NCBI GenBank assembly: GCA_964630905.1
Contig: CAZVWR010000009.1
Span: forward strand, 208 to 64,207
From: an uncultured Spirochaetales bacterium
Lineage (GTDB): Bacteria > UBP6 > UBA1177
DNA: 64,000 nucleotides
Reading direction: 5' to 3'
Shown here: piece by piece, positions 22,136 to 31,146 of the stretch
How positions within the stretch are numbered: position 1 is the first letter of the stretch
Layout: the number at the start of each line of letters is the position of its first letter
The notes under the pieces: generated by a model
Told to the model about the DNA's origin: nothing
What the model saw: the letters and a program-made list of their open reading frames with translations, nothing else
Database searches by the model: none
Position numbers and translations under genes: made by a program

Positions 22136-23323
22136 ATGAAATATGAAAAAGCGGTCATTCTTGAAAAAGGGCGTGATAAACTGGCGAAAAATCATAATCC
22201 GTGGATTTATTCAGGAGCGGTGAGATCGCTTCAGGGTAATCCGCAAGATGGTGATATTGTTGCCGTTCTGGATTTTGAAAGAACATTCGTGGCATGGGCT
22301 CATTACAACGGCAGATCGGGGATAGCCCTGCGGCTTCTTGAGTGGGAAAGTTCAGTAATTCCTGACTACTCGTGGCTGAGATCAAAAATATCTGATGCTT
22401 ATTCTCTTAGAAAAAAGATGACAGGGGCTGACACAAATGTCTTCAGACTTATCTATTCTGAATCTGATATGCTTCCGGGGATCATCTGTGATGTTTACGA
22501 TTCGGTCGCAGTTCTTCAGATATCAACTCCGGGGTTTGACAGATTAAAGAAGGATGTTGCTGAAATAATATCAGAAATTTCAGGAATTTCTTCTGTTTAT
22601 GAAAAAAGTGACGGGGATGGCAGAAAGATAGAAGGTCTTGCCCCTTCAACCGGATGGATAAAAGGGGAACCTGATTCAACGGAGATCGTTGTAAAAGAGA
22701 ATGGATTCAAATTTTTTGTCGATCTGAGCGGACAGAAGACCGGTTTTTATGCCGATCAGAGAGAAAACCGCCTTCTTTTTGGAAAAATTGCAACAGGTGA
22801 AGTTCTTGATATGTGTTCGTTTTCAGGGGCTTTTTCGGCACATGCCCTGAAAAACGGAGCAGATCATGCTACTTTGTGCGACATTTCAAAAGAGACATTG
22901 AAACTTATTGATAAGAATATGGAACTCAATGGTATCGCTAAGGAAAAATATGATTTTATTGCAGGTGATGCGTTTGAAGTTTTGAGGAATCTGGAAAGGG
23001 ATGGAAGGAAATTTGATTCTATTATTCTTGATCCTCCTAAACTTGTTCCTTCAAATAAATATCTTGAAAAAGGGCTGAAAGCTTACAAGGATCTCAATTT
23101 CAATGCGCTGAGACTTATCAGGGAAGATGGAGTTCTTGCCACTTTTTCCTGTTCGGGAGCAGTAACAATGGCTGATTTCAAAAATGCTGTCGCCTATGCG
23201 GCAAAAGATGCAAAAAGAGAACTTAAAATATTGAATCAGATGCACCAGCCGTTTGACCATCCGGTGAGGATGAGTGCCCCGGAAACTGAATATCTTAAAG
23301 GTCTTCTTTTAAAGGTTTGTTAA
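22136..23323 (+). CDS. rlmI: 23S rRNA m5C methyltransferase RlmI-type (PUA plus class I SAM MTase)
   Basis: 395 aa from MKYEKAVILEKGRDKL. SAM-binding VLDMCSFSGAFS and IILDPPK. The track start at 22085 is an upstream extension into the previous gene. Confidence 0.85.
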   Translation: MKYEKAVILEKGRDKLAKNHNPWIYSGAVRSLQGNPQDGDIVAVLDFERTFVAWAHYNGRSGIALRLLEWESSVIPDYSWLRSKISDAYSLRKKMTGADTNVFRLIYSESDMLPGIICDVYDSVAVLQISTPGFDRLKKDVAEIISEISGISSVYEKSDGDGRKIEGLAPSTGWIKGEPDSTEIVVKENGFKFFVDLSGQKTGFYADQRENRLLFGKIATGEVLDMCSFSGAFSAHALKNGADHATLCDISKETLKLIDKNMELNGIAKEKYDFIAGDAFEVLRNLERDGRKFDSIILDPPKLVPSNKYLEKGLKAYKDLNFNALRLIREDGVLATFSCSGAVTMADFKNAVAYAAKDAKRELKILNQMHQPFDHPVRMSAPETEYLKGLLLKVC

Positions 23324-23971
23324 ATGAAAACAGCTAGTTATCAAAAGAGAAGCATCGCGATCGCAATTATACTGACTGTTGTGGTGACGATTCTTGCTTT
23401 ATGGATGAACACGACAAAATTTGAGTTCAGATACTATGTTTTTCCCGCCGTGCTGATATTTCTTCCTCTCGTTTTTAACAGCTCTTTCCGTCCTCAAAAC
23501 ATCTTAAAGCCGTCAAAAAAAGGGTTTAAACTCTTTTTTTATGTCACTATGACTGTTCTTGTTCTTTATCCGCCGGCATTTTTCATTTACTGGATGAGCT
23601 TTAAAAATCAGGCATTTATGACTCCCGCGACGGAAGAAGTTCTCAAAGCGGTCTTAAAAGGACTCACTGCGGTCGCAGTTGCCGCGATCCCCGAGGAATT
23701 CTTTTTCAGAGGCTATCTTCAGGAGCATGTTTTCAAAGGGCTTGAAAGAAAGTTCATAAAAGTTGTTACACTGAAAAACCTTATAACTTCAATACTTTTC
23801 GGCGTTGTGCACGCAGTTGCTTTTCTAGACATAACAAGAGCCGCAACATTCTTTCCATCTCTTCTTTTCGGCCTTTTCTGTGAAAAAAGTGAAGGAAAAA
23901 TATTTTACAGCATCCTTTTTCATGTGATCTCAAACATACTCGCTTTCGTTCTGTGGACTTTTATTAAATAA
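23324..23971 (+). CDS. CPBP-family intramembrane glutamic protease (CAAX protease-like)
   Basis: 215 aa, polytopic. Motifs EEFFFRGYL, FGVVHA and FHVISN. Confidence 0.85.
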   Translation: MKTASYQKRSIAIAIILTVVVTILALWMNTTKFEFRYYVFPAVLIFLPLVFNSSFRPQNILKPSKKGFKLFFYVTMTVLVLYPPAFFIYWMSFKNQAFMTPATEEVLKAVLKGLTAVAVAAIPEEFFFRGYLQEHVFKGLERKFIKVVTLKNLITSILFGVVHAVAFLDITRAATFFPSLLFGLFCEKSEGKIFYSILFHVISNILAFVLWTFIK

Positions 23972-24027
23972 AGTCCTTGCACTTTTTATACAAATATGAC
24001 AAAAAGTCCTTGCACTTTTTATACAAA
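23970..24027 (+). repeat. perfect 25-nt direct repeat, two copies 33 nt apart
   Basis: aaagtccttgcactttttatacaaa occurs at 23970-23994 and 24003-24027. An inverted partial copy (aagtgca) lies at 24069-24075. Confidence 0.9.
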
Positions 24028-24084
24028 AATAGTCAAGAGCTTTGACATCGCTGAAATATTTTTGCAATAAGTGCACTTACACCT

Positions 24085-24423
24085 TTGCAGATACTTCGGT
24101 TTGATTTTACAACATATAAAGGTTTTTTCACAGAGAACTTTGTTTTGCAGGAATTAATATCATCAGGAATTACAAGAACTTACTGTTGGCAGGGGAGAAC
24201 ATCTGAAATAGAGTTCCTTCTTCAGACAAATGCAGGGAATATCATTCCGGTTGAAGTCAAATCCGGCGCAGTGACGCAATCAAAATCACTCTCAGTTTAT
24301 AATGAACGGTATAGCCCGTCTTTTTCAATAGTAGTCAGTGCAAAAAATGAGGGCAGACAGCCGAAAAGATGGTATGTCCCAGTCTATGCCGCAGGGAAAC
24401 TTCATGAATTAATGAAACTTTAA
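24085..24423 (+). pseudogene. 3' fragment of a DUF4143-type AAA+ ATPase gene
   Basis: Only the C-terminal roughly 110 aa are present (KGFFTENFVLQELISSG...SEIEFLLQTNAGNIIPVEVKSG), matching the nuclease-like tail of about 400-aa DUF4143 ATPases. There is no P-loop part and no ATG (TTG only). Confidence 0.6.
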
Positions 24424-25626
24424 CTCCAGCCCGGCGAGTTTGAAGATCTCTGAGCAAAATGGTTCTATCATAGGTTTATAATGGCAGGTATAGTGGAGCA
24501 GTTGAAGTTTGTCTCCTTTTCTGGCGTAAAAGTTTGAAGATGATCCTTCGCTTAAACACCACGGAGAAACATTACTGTATGTTGAAAAGAGATCCGCCCT
24601 CTGAAGTTTATCTTGTAAAACACTAAGTTGTTTTGTAGATACAGGGATGGTTTGTAATATTTTTTGATTCTTGCCTGATCTTTCTATGATTTTATACTGA
24701 TTTTTTTCTTTTACGAAATCGACAATATATTCTCCATTATTAAAAGCAAGGACTTTTATACATCTATAAATTTCGGTTTCTTTTCCCAAAGGGATATTGA
24801 GAAGGTCTTCAAAATCTTGTTTTTTTGAAAGTTTTTTTGCTTTTTCTATGTTTTTTTCTACACCTTTGCCGTTAAACAAAATCTTTATAGCTTCCAAATA
24901 GTTACCATAGTCTATGTACTTTTCTTTTTTTATATTATCTATGTAGTCAATAAAATATTCAGCTCCTTTTTTTTCATCCGGCTCAATGCCTTTTGCACCA
25001 TATAAGTTTATAAGGGAGTAAATTTTTTCAAAATCTCCTTGATATCTTGCACCATGAGTTTTGTAATAGGCTAAATTTATTGCTTTCTCTGCACAGTTTT
25101 TTGCATTAATATAATCGTTTTCTCTTCCTTTAAAATTTATATCGGCACACACATAAAGAGAAGCAATGATTAGCTCTTTTTCGTTGTCATCATTTGTTGT
25201 AAAAGATGAAGTTTTTATTGCCCATTTGGCTGATTCTTCAGGAGAAATGGCCATTTCTTCGCCAAGAATATCTTCCATTAACCTTCCATATGCAAAACCC
25301 CTTGAAAGATAATACCCGCATCTTATACACCCGTTTTCAACTCCTTTTTTTAGGATTTCAATTGATCTGTCTTTTTCACCTCTTTGTGCAGTTAAAAGAG
25401 CATAGAACCTGTATCCTTCAACAGATCCTTTTTCGGCTGATTTTGCGCTCCATTTTTCAGCGATATCATATTTTTCTTTTGAATAATAATAACTGGAAAC
25501 TTCATTCATAGCATAAGCATTTCCAAGATAAGCTCTGAAAAAATATCCGGGAAGAGAATTAGTTCTAAAAAGCAAAGCCTGAGCAATTAGAAAGAGAACT
25601 GTTCCGTGAATGATCAGTTTTTTCAT
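24409..25626 (-). CDS. Sel1-like repeat protein with unknown C-terminal domain (paralog 2)
   Basis: 405 aa with an N-terminal signal/anchor. SLR-type repeats (AEKWSAKSAEKGSVEGY; LFNGKGVEKNIEKAKKL). Clear paralog of 25623..26900. Confidence 0.6.
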   Translation of the reverse strand: MKKLIIHGTVLFLIAQALLFRTNSLPGYFFRAYLGNAYAMNEVSSYYYSKEKYDIAEKWSAKSAEKGSVEGYRFYALLTAQRGEKDRSIEILKKGVENGCIRCGYYLSRGFAYGRLMEDILGEEMAISPEESAKWAIKTSSFTTNDDNEKELIIASLYVCADINFKGRENDYINAKNCAEKAINLAYYKTHGARYQGDFEKIYSLINLYGAKGIEPDEKKGAEYFIDYIDNIKKEKYIDYGNYLEAIKILFNGKGVEKNIEKAKKLSKKQDFEDLLNIPLGKETEIYRCIKVLAFNNGEYIVDFVKEKNQYKIIERSGKNQKILQTIPVSTKQLSVLQDKLQRADLFSTYSNVSPWCLSEGSSSNFYARKGDKLQLLHYTCHYKPMIEPFCSEIFKLAGLELKFH

Positions 25627-26900
25627 TTTCCACCTCGCGGGTATTCAATGCCTGCGATCTGAAATAATTTCATGCAAAATTCTTCACCGGGTCTTTCATC
25701 ATCATAAGGCATATGTTGAATGATTTGAATTTGTCCTTCTTTAATAGCAAACATAAATATTAATGGGTTTTGACTTTTTTTAATCGAGTAAAAAGGTTTT
25801 ATGTGTGATTCTGAAGGTATATTAAAAAAGTTTATGGAGTCTAAAAAAGAATGGAATTCCATAAATTCCGATAATGACATTTTTTCTTTCTTCTTTTCGA
25901 TAATTTCAACTTTTGGTGAATCTTTTTGACCTTTTATTACATATTCGATGAAGATGTCATCAAGTTTTTTTGTTATTTCTATAGTAAAATCATTGTAAAG
26001 CGGATTGTGATCTTTGAGATTGCATGTATATAATTCATGATTTTTCTCTGCCGGGAAATTTAAATATTTTAAAAGTTGTTTGTTTCCTGCAAGAGCTTTT
26101 GCTTCAGAAACATTCTTTTCAACTCCAATGCCATTGAAAAGCAGTTTAATGCTCTCATAAATGTTTTCTTTTTTTTCAGAAAGAAAATATTGAGCACCTT
26201 TAGAGATATTTTTTTCGATACCGTCACCGCCATAAACATACAAATGTCCTAGAATTCCAAGTATTATGCTGTCTTCGTATTCTAAATGCTGCCCTTTCAG
26301 CTCCTTGGAAATATTTACAGCTTTTTCAAAACATTCCAAAGCTTTCGGCAGATTTTTTTTTCCGTTGTATCCGTGAAAATTTACTAATCCGCATAAATAA
26401 AAAGCTTTGTGCTGATTGTATTTATCATCGCCTGAAGAAGGGAAGTTGTTTTTATAAAGGGTAATTTCAGCCCATCTTGCGCTTTTTTCAATATCAATAT
26501 CGATTTTATTTTTTTTACTGTCGTGTGAGTAGTTTGCGAAAAGTTCACCCGTTGAATAAGCCTCAGTTAGAAGTCTGCCGCAATAGGTGCATCCAATTCT
26601 TGCACATTTTTCGAGAATAATAACAGCTTGATCAATTTTTTCATTATATGCAAGTTTTAATGCCAGATCATGATACCCTTGACAATTTCCTCCTGAAGCA
26701 GACTTTTCCAACCATTTCATAGCAGATTCCTTATCACCCTTTTTTTCGTAGTAGTCTGCAAGCTTCGTCTGGTAAGTTCTGTCTCCCAGATATGCTTTCA
26801 TAAATATAGTGGAGTCGTCAAAACTTAAAGACACAAAAACATACGCAATCACCAATACTGCAAAAACATGCCAGATAATTAACAAAATCTTTCTTTTCAT
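25623..26900 (-). CDS. Sel1-like repeat protein with unknown C-terminal domain (paralog 1)
   Basis: 425 aa with an N-terminal TM. SLR-type repeats (AMKWLEKSASGGNCQGY; LFNGIGVEKNVSEAKAL). The C-terminal end FCMKLFQIAGIE compares with FCSEIFKLAGLE in the neighbour. Confidence 0.6.
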   Translation of the reverse strand: MKRKILLIIWHVFAVLVIAYVFVSLSFDDSTIFMKAYLGDRTYQTKLADYYEKKGDKESAMKWLEKSASGGNCQGYHDLALKLAYNEKIDQAVIILEKCARIGCTYCGRLLTEAYSTGELFANYSHDSKKNKIDIDIEKSARWAEITLYKNNFPSSGDDKYNQHKAFYLCGLVNFHGYNGKKNLPKALECFEKAVNISKELKGQHLEYEDSIILGILGHLYVYGGDGIEKNISKGAQYFLSEKKENIYESIKLLFNGIGVEKNVSEAKALAGNKQLLKYLNFPAEKNHELYTCNLKDHNPLYNDFTIEITKKLDDIFIEYVIKGQKDSPKVEIIEKKKEKMSLSEFMEFHSFLDSINFFNIPSESHIKPFYSIKKSQNPLIFMFAIKEGQIQIIQHMPYDDERPGEEFCMKLFQIAGIEYPRGGK

Positions 26901-27070
26901 TGAAGAATGGTCTCAAAGTTCAGCAAAAAAATATCCGATTATTTCTTTTAAGTCAACCTTTCGTATATTTATAAACATTGTTGATTATCCGAAAAAGTTG
27001 AAATTTCAAAGATTTCTGATGCTTCTATTAATAAGCCCACATGTTTAATTCAAGCAACAACATAAATAAT

Positions 27071-27099
27071 TTGACGAATATAATTCAAGACATTATATT
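27071..27099 (+). promoter_or_regulatory. sigma70-like promoter candidate for the RhuM-family gene
   Basis: TTGACG (27071-27076), 17 nt, TATATT (27094-27099). GAGGG Shine-Dalgarno before the ATG at 27130. Confidence 0.4.
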
Positions 27100-27129
27100 A
27101 GACAGTATTTAATTTTCGTTAGAGGGAAA

Positions 27130-27975
27130 ATGCAGAATCAGATAATTATTTATCAGCCCGAAGTAGGCTTATCATCTCTGGAAGTGCGACTTGAAAACGA
27201 AACTGTTTGGCTGACACAAAATCAGATGGCGGAGCTTTTTCAAACAGACCGCACATCAATCGCCAAGCACATTGGCAATGTATATAAGTCACTGGAATTA
27301 GACAAATTATCAACCTGTGCAAAAATTGCACAGGTTCAAATTGAAGGAGATCGGAGAGTTTCAAGAAAAATTGAATATTACAATCTCGATATGATCATTT
27401 CTGTCGGGTACCGTGTTAATTCTTTAAGAGGCACTCAGTTTCGAATCTGGGCAAACAAAGTGCTCAAAGACTATCTTATGAAAGGTTATGCGCTCAATCA
27501 GCGAATCGAGCGGATCGAAGAAAAACTCTTTGAACATGATAAAAAGTTTGAACTCATAATTCAGCAGGCAATCCCACTGAAAGAGGGAATTTTTTTTGAC
27601 GGGCAGGTTTTTGATGCTTATGAGCTTGTCGTTTCATTCATAAAAAAAGCGAAAAGAACCATCGTTCTGATTGACAACTATGTGGACGAAACAGTCCTTT
27701 CAATGCTTTCAAAACGGAAAGAACGAGTTAAAGCAACTATTTACACCGCTAATCTTTCAAAAGAACTTTCTCTTGATCTTAAAAAACACAATGCTCAATA
27801 CGAACCTGTTGAAATAAAGGTTTTCAGCAAATCACATGACCGTTTTCTGATAATTGATGAAAAAACTGTCTATCATATCGGTGGCTCACTTAAAGATCTC
27901 GGAAAAAAGCTGTTTGCATTTTCAAGAATTGAGATCAATCCAGAAATTATTCTGGATTATTTGAAAAGATTCTAA
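27130..27975 (+). CDS. RhuM-family protein with C-terminal PLD-like/unknown module
   Basis: 281 aa. EVRLENETVWLTQNQMAELFQTDRTSIAKHI...SVGYRVNSLRGTQFRIWANKVLKDYLMKGYALN is the RhuM-family pattern. The C-terminus has IVLIDNYVDETVLSML...SHDRFLIIDEKTVYHIGGSLKDLGKK. Confidence 0.7.
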   Translation: MQNQIIIYQPEVGLSSLEVRLENETVWLTQNQMAELFQTDRTSIAKHIGNVYKSLELDKLSTCAKIAQVQIEGDRRVSRKIEYYNLDMIISVGYRVNSLRGTQFRIWANKVLKDYLMKGYALNQRIERIEEKLFEHDKKFELIIQQAIPLKEGIFFDGQVFDAYELVVSFIKKAKRTIVLIDNYVDETVLSMLSKRKERVKATIYTANLSKELSLDLKKHNAQYEPVEIKVFSKSHDRFLIIDEKTVYHIGGSLKDLGKKLFAFSRIEINPEIILDYLKRF

Positions 27976-28711
27976 TTATCGAAGCGGCTGAGATTTCTAA
28001 CACTTCTGAATTGTTGATGATTTTGATTGTAGATCCGTTGTTTGAAAATCCGGTGACTGTTCCTGTTTCAATGTCGGTTCCATTAATTGTGTAGGTTATT
28101 GATCTGTCTGTCATCCAAGATATTTCAGAAACATATTTTTCTTTTATTTGGGTTTCGTTCATTTCAAAAAAAGTGTCAAGCGCCCTGATAAGTTCAGCTA
28201 AAACCGCTTCTGTTGTAATATCAGGGACATATTCGTTTAATGCGCCGACTTTCCAGTTGTGTTCAAACAGAGTTGTTTCAGGCATGAAAACATTGATCCC
28301 TATTCCGCAGACAAAGAATCTGTCAACCCCGCGCTGAACGGTTTTTGCAATTATTCCGGCACATTTATTCATGTCAGCCAGAATGTCGTTTGGCCATTTT
28401 ATTGATATATTTTCAGTGCCTACAAACTTTTTCACTGCCATCTGTGCTGCCAGAGCAGTCCGCTGAGGAATGAGATTCAACGGCTCTGATCTATCCAGTT
28501 TCTCAAAAAAAGAAAAGTACAGATTCCCGTTATTTGGAGAAAACCACGATTTGCCGTTCCTGCCGTAACCGCCACTTTGCAAGTCAGCGACAACTATCCC
28601 TTTCCGCACCCCTTTTTCAATAAATTCAATGGCTTTATCCATTGTTGAAGAAACCTCACCAAAATGGTAAAACCCCGAAAACCTGTTCTTTGGAATAATG
28701 TATTCTTTCAT
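27947..28711 (-). CDS. birA: biotin-[acetyl-CoA-carboxylase] ligase, group I (no HTH)
   Basis: 254 aa. Has QSGGYGRNGKSWFSP (GRGRxGRxW-type loop) and IKWPNDILADMNKCAGII. The 3' end overlaps the convergent RhuM gene by 29 nt. Confidence 0.85.
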   Translation of the reverse strand: MKEYIIPKNRFSGFYHFGEVSSTMDKAIEFIEKGVRKGIVVADLQSGGYGRNGKSWFSPNNGNLYFSFFEKLDRSEPLNLIPQRTALAAQMAVKKFVGTENISIKWPNDILADMNKCAGIIAKTVQRGVDRFFVCGIGINVFMPETTLFEHNWKVGALNEYVPDITTEAVLAELIRALDTFFEMNETQIKEKYVSEISWMTDRSITYTINGTDIETGTVTGFSNNGSTIKIINNSEVLEISAASIIRIFSNNPE

Positions 28712-28805
28712 TTCTCCCCCTTAAATCAAGGACAAGCGGAATATCATAGAAAAAACCGGGTTTGTCAACTTGTAAAAAAATTCACAAAAATACCGCTTTA
28801 AAATA

Positions 28806-28834
28806 TTGCTTATAGGAAAAGGATTTAATATTAT
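28806..28834 (+). promoter_or_regulatory. sigma70-like promoter candidate
   Basis: TTGCTT (28806-28811), 17 nt, TATTAT (28829-28834), about 28 nt upstream of the ATG at 28862. Confidence 0.35.
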
Positions 28835-28861
28835 TGCACGATTTTATGAGGTTGAGGGAAA

Positions 28862-30193
28862 ATGCACCGCTTTTTTATATTTATTTCGATTCTATTTTTT
28901 TCCATTAATGCATATTCAGAAAACAGCGAAGTGTTTGTAAATGCTGACATTTTGAACATAAGAACATATCCGACTGTAAATTCCGCTAAAACTGCACTGG
29001 CTTACAGAGGTGATGTGCTGATAATTCATGAAAGCAAAAAAGATTCTGAAGGAAAGGAGTGGATAAAAGTTGCTCTAAAAAAGAAATCAACTGAGCCGGT
29101 TGGCTGGGTTCTTGCTGAATTTACAGTGAAAACAAGAGCTTATCTGCTAAGCCCGACATATAAAGATCTCGATTATTCCCCTCAGAATAAAACTGATGGA
29201 TACAAAAACAACCCTAAAGTCAAAGTGAAAGGAATATATCTCACCCGTTATTCTTCAACCCCGACCCGGCTTAACCACTTCTTCAATCTTGTAAAAGGAA
29301 CCGAAATAAACGCTTTCGTAATTGACATCAAGAACGAAAGGGGCAATCTGCTTTTCAGGAGTGAAGCGGCCGCAAAGCACAATCCTGCCGGCAATAAATC
29401 GCTTATCTACAAAAGCAGGGAATCCATTATGGAGCAGATAGAAAAAGCGAAAAAGAACAATCTCTACCTTATCGCAAGAGTTGTGACATTCAAAGATGAC
29501 GACTATGCAAAGAATAATCCCGAATCTGCAATTTTTGATAACGAAACGCAATCCACATATATAGATAGAGACAAGCAGCGGTGGGTTTCGCCGCATAACC
29601 GCAAGTACTGGGAATATCTCATAGAACTCTGCAAAGAAGCGGCAGATCTCGGATTTAATGAGATCCAGTTTGACTATATCAGATTTACCGACTGGAAAAC
29701 AAACCTCAATTTCAAAAATACTGAAAAGGAATCAAAGTCACTGGCAATTCAGCGGTTTCTCAAATATGCAAGAGAGGAACTTAGCAAAAAAGAGGTTTAT
29801 GTGAGTGCCGACATTTTCGGGCTTGTCGCTTCAGCAAGCGATGACCTTAATCTCGGTCAGTACTGGGAAGGGATAAGCAATGTTGTCGATTTCGTTTCAC
29901 CGATGATCTATCCGTCCCACTTCTCTTACGGTTTCGGTGGAATTCCCATTCCTGACACAGAACCGTATAAGATCGTTTATATTTCAGCAAGAGATTCAGT
30001 CGCACGGAATAAAAATATTGAAACACCTGCAATAATCAGGCCGTGGATACAGGATTTTACAGCTTACTGGCTTAAAGGCCACATCAATTATGAAAAACAG
30101 CAGATTACAGACCAGATCAAAGCACTAAGCGAACATGGAATAGACGAATATCTTCTGTGGAATCCCAAAAATCAGTATAAGTATCTGAAGTAA
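28862..30193 (+). CDS. secreted SH3b-domain protein with DUF4015/GHL-type putative glycoside hydrolase domain
   Basis: 443 aa with a signal peptide. SH3-like VFVNADILNIRTYPTVNSAKTALAYRGDVLII. Then KGIYLT...INAFVIDIKNERG...WVSP...FNEIQFDYIRF, typical of the TIM-barrel GHL family. Confidence 0.6.
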   Translation: MHRFFIFISILFFSINAYSENSEVFVNADILNIRTYPTVNSAKTALAYRGDVLIIHESKKDSEGKEWIKVALKKKSTEPVGWVLAEFTVKTRAYLLSPTYKDLDYSPQNKTDGYKNNPKVKVKGIYLTRYSSTPTRLNHFFNLVKGTEINAFVIDIKNERGNLLFRSEAAAKHNPAGNKSLIYKSRESIMEQIEKAKKNNLYLIARVVTFKDDDYAKNNPESAIFDNETQSTYIDRDKQRWVSPHNRKYWEYLIELCKEAADLGFNEIQFDYIRFTDWKTNLNFKNTEKESKSLAIQRFLKYAREELSKKEVYVSADIFGLVASASDDLNLGQYWEGISNVVDFVSPMIYPSHFSYGFGGIPIPDTEPYKIVYISARDSVARNKNIETPAIIRPWIQDFTAYWLKGHINYEKQQITDQIKALSEHGIDEYLLWNPKNQYKYLK

Positions 30194-30195
30194 GA

Positions 30196-30438
30196 TTAGT
30201 TATGGCTGGTTTGGGTTTCCATCTTTTTTAAAAGAACGGAAAAGAGTCGCTGCATTTCAACAAGTCCGCTCGTTTTTGAGTTTTTTCCTGTTCTTGCACC
30301 AATTTCAAGAAGAGCATCGACGATTTTCCAGTCATATTTTAATTGCGATAGCTCATCATCCTTGATTTTGCGAAGTTCATCAGCAGCGTTCTTCCACTGA
30401 TCTACAACAGCTTGCATCTGCTCCTTTGTCAAACTCAT
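30196..30438 (-). CDS. small helical protein, partner of the upstream NTase gene
   Basis: 80 aa, all-helical in character. Its start overlaps the NTase stop (ATGA). No family recognised. Confidence 0.45.
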   Translation of the reverse strand: MSLTKEQMQAVVDQWKNAADELRKIKDDELSQLKYDWKIVDALLEIGARTGKNSKTSGLVEMQRLFSVLLKKMETQTSHN

Positions 30439-30995
30439 TTTAATCCAAGTATTTTTTCAGATTTAGTAATTATTTCCGGCTCTTCCTTTAATTCCGCCAA
30501 TATTTCAAGATGTTTCATGATATAAATTCTGTCAAGCGAGGATTTTTGCTTTTTTGCAATGCCTTCCGCATCTAGCCAGTCTTTGGGGCGTGATGCAAAA
30601 GCTTTCATAATAAAAAGATCTTCAGCAGAACATATCTTTAAGCTGACACCTTTCATAAATTCAAAATTTGATGATCTCAATATCATTTCTTCTTCAAACG
30701 GTAATGCCCCAAAAGAAATATCAAGCGGAATTCCATCAGATGATTCGATAAGAAGAACACGGTTTTTAATCGAAAATTCAAGTGCGTGATCAATTCTTGC
30801 CTTGAAGTGTCCAAGTATTTTTTCTGCATAATACTGCTCGCTTCCCACCCCGGTGAGAAGAGTGAGATCAACATCATGGGTTGTTCTCGGTTCACCGTGA
30901 CACTGGTTTGCAAGACCTCCGATTATGCAGAAAGACCATCGGAAAGAATCAAAGAATTCAGTAATTTCCTTAGCCGCTTTAAAAATCAAATTCAT
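30435..30995 (-). CDS. minimal nucleotidyltransferase-fold protein (family not identified)
   Basis: About 186 aa from the ATG at 30995. Signature FCIIGGLANQCHGEPRTTHDVDLTLL (GG...DxD). C-terminal SAEDLFIMKAFASRPKDWLDAEGI. Confidence 0.55.
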   Translation of the reverse strand: MNLIFKAAKEITEFFDSFRWSFCIIGGLANQCHGEPRTTHDVDLTLLTGVGSEQYYAEKILGHFKARIDHALEFSIKNRVLLIESSDGIPLDISFGALPFEEEMILRSSNFEFMKGVSLKICSAEDLFIMKAFASRPKDWLDAEGIAKKQKSSLDRIYIMKHLEILAELKEEPEIITKSEKILGLK

Positions 30996-31146
30996 AATCA
31001 AATCACCAAGTTTTTAAGAACTTTCCCGATTATATTTGAAAACCGTAAATAGTAAAGGATGCGTGCTTTTTTAAACTTTGAAACCCCTTCTGCTAAGATC
31101 TTGTTTAATTAGGGTCTCTGTATCTTAATCATACTGAATCATCGCT

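Noticed and set aside
20736-31146. Prophage, integrative element or transposon boundaries around the accessory genes (20.9-22.1 kb, 24.0-28.0 kb, 30.2-31.8 kb).
   Set aside because: I found no integrase, transposase, tRNA attachment site or long terminal repeats. Only the short 25-nt repeat at 23970-24027 is present, so no mobile element can be delimited.
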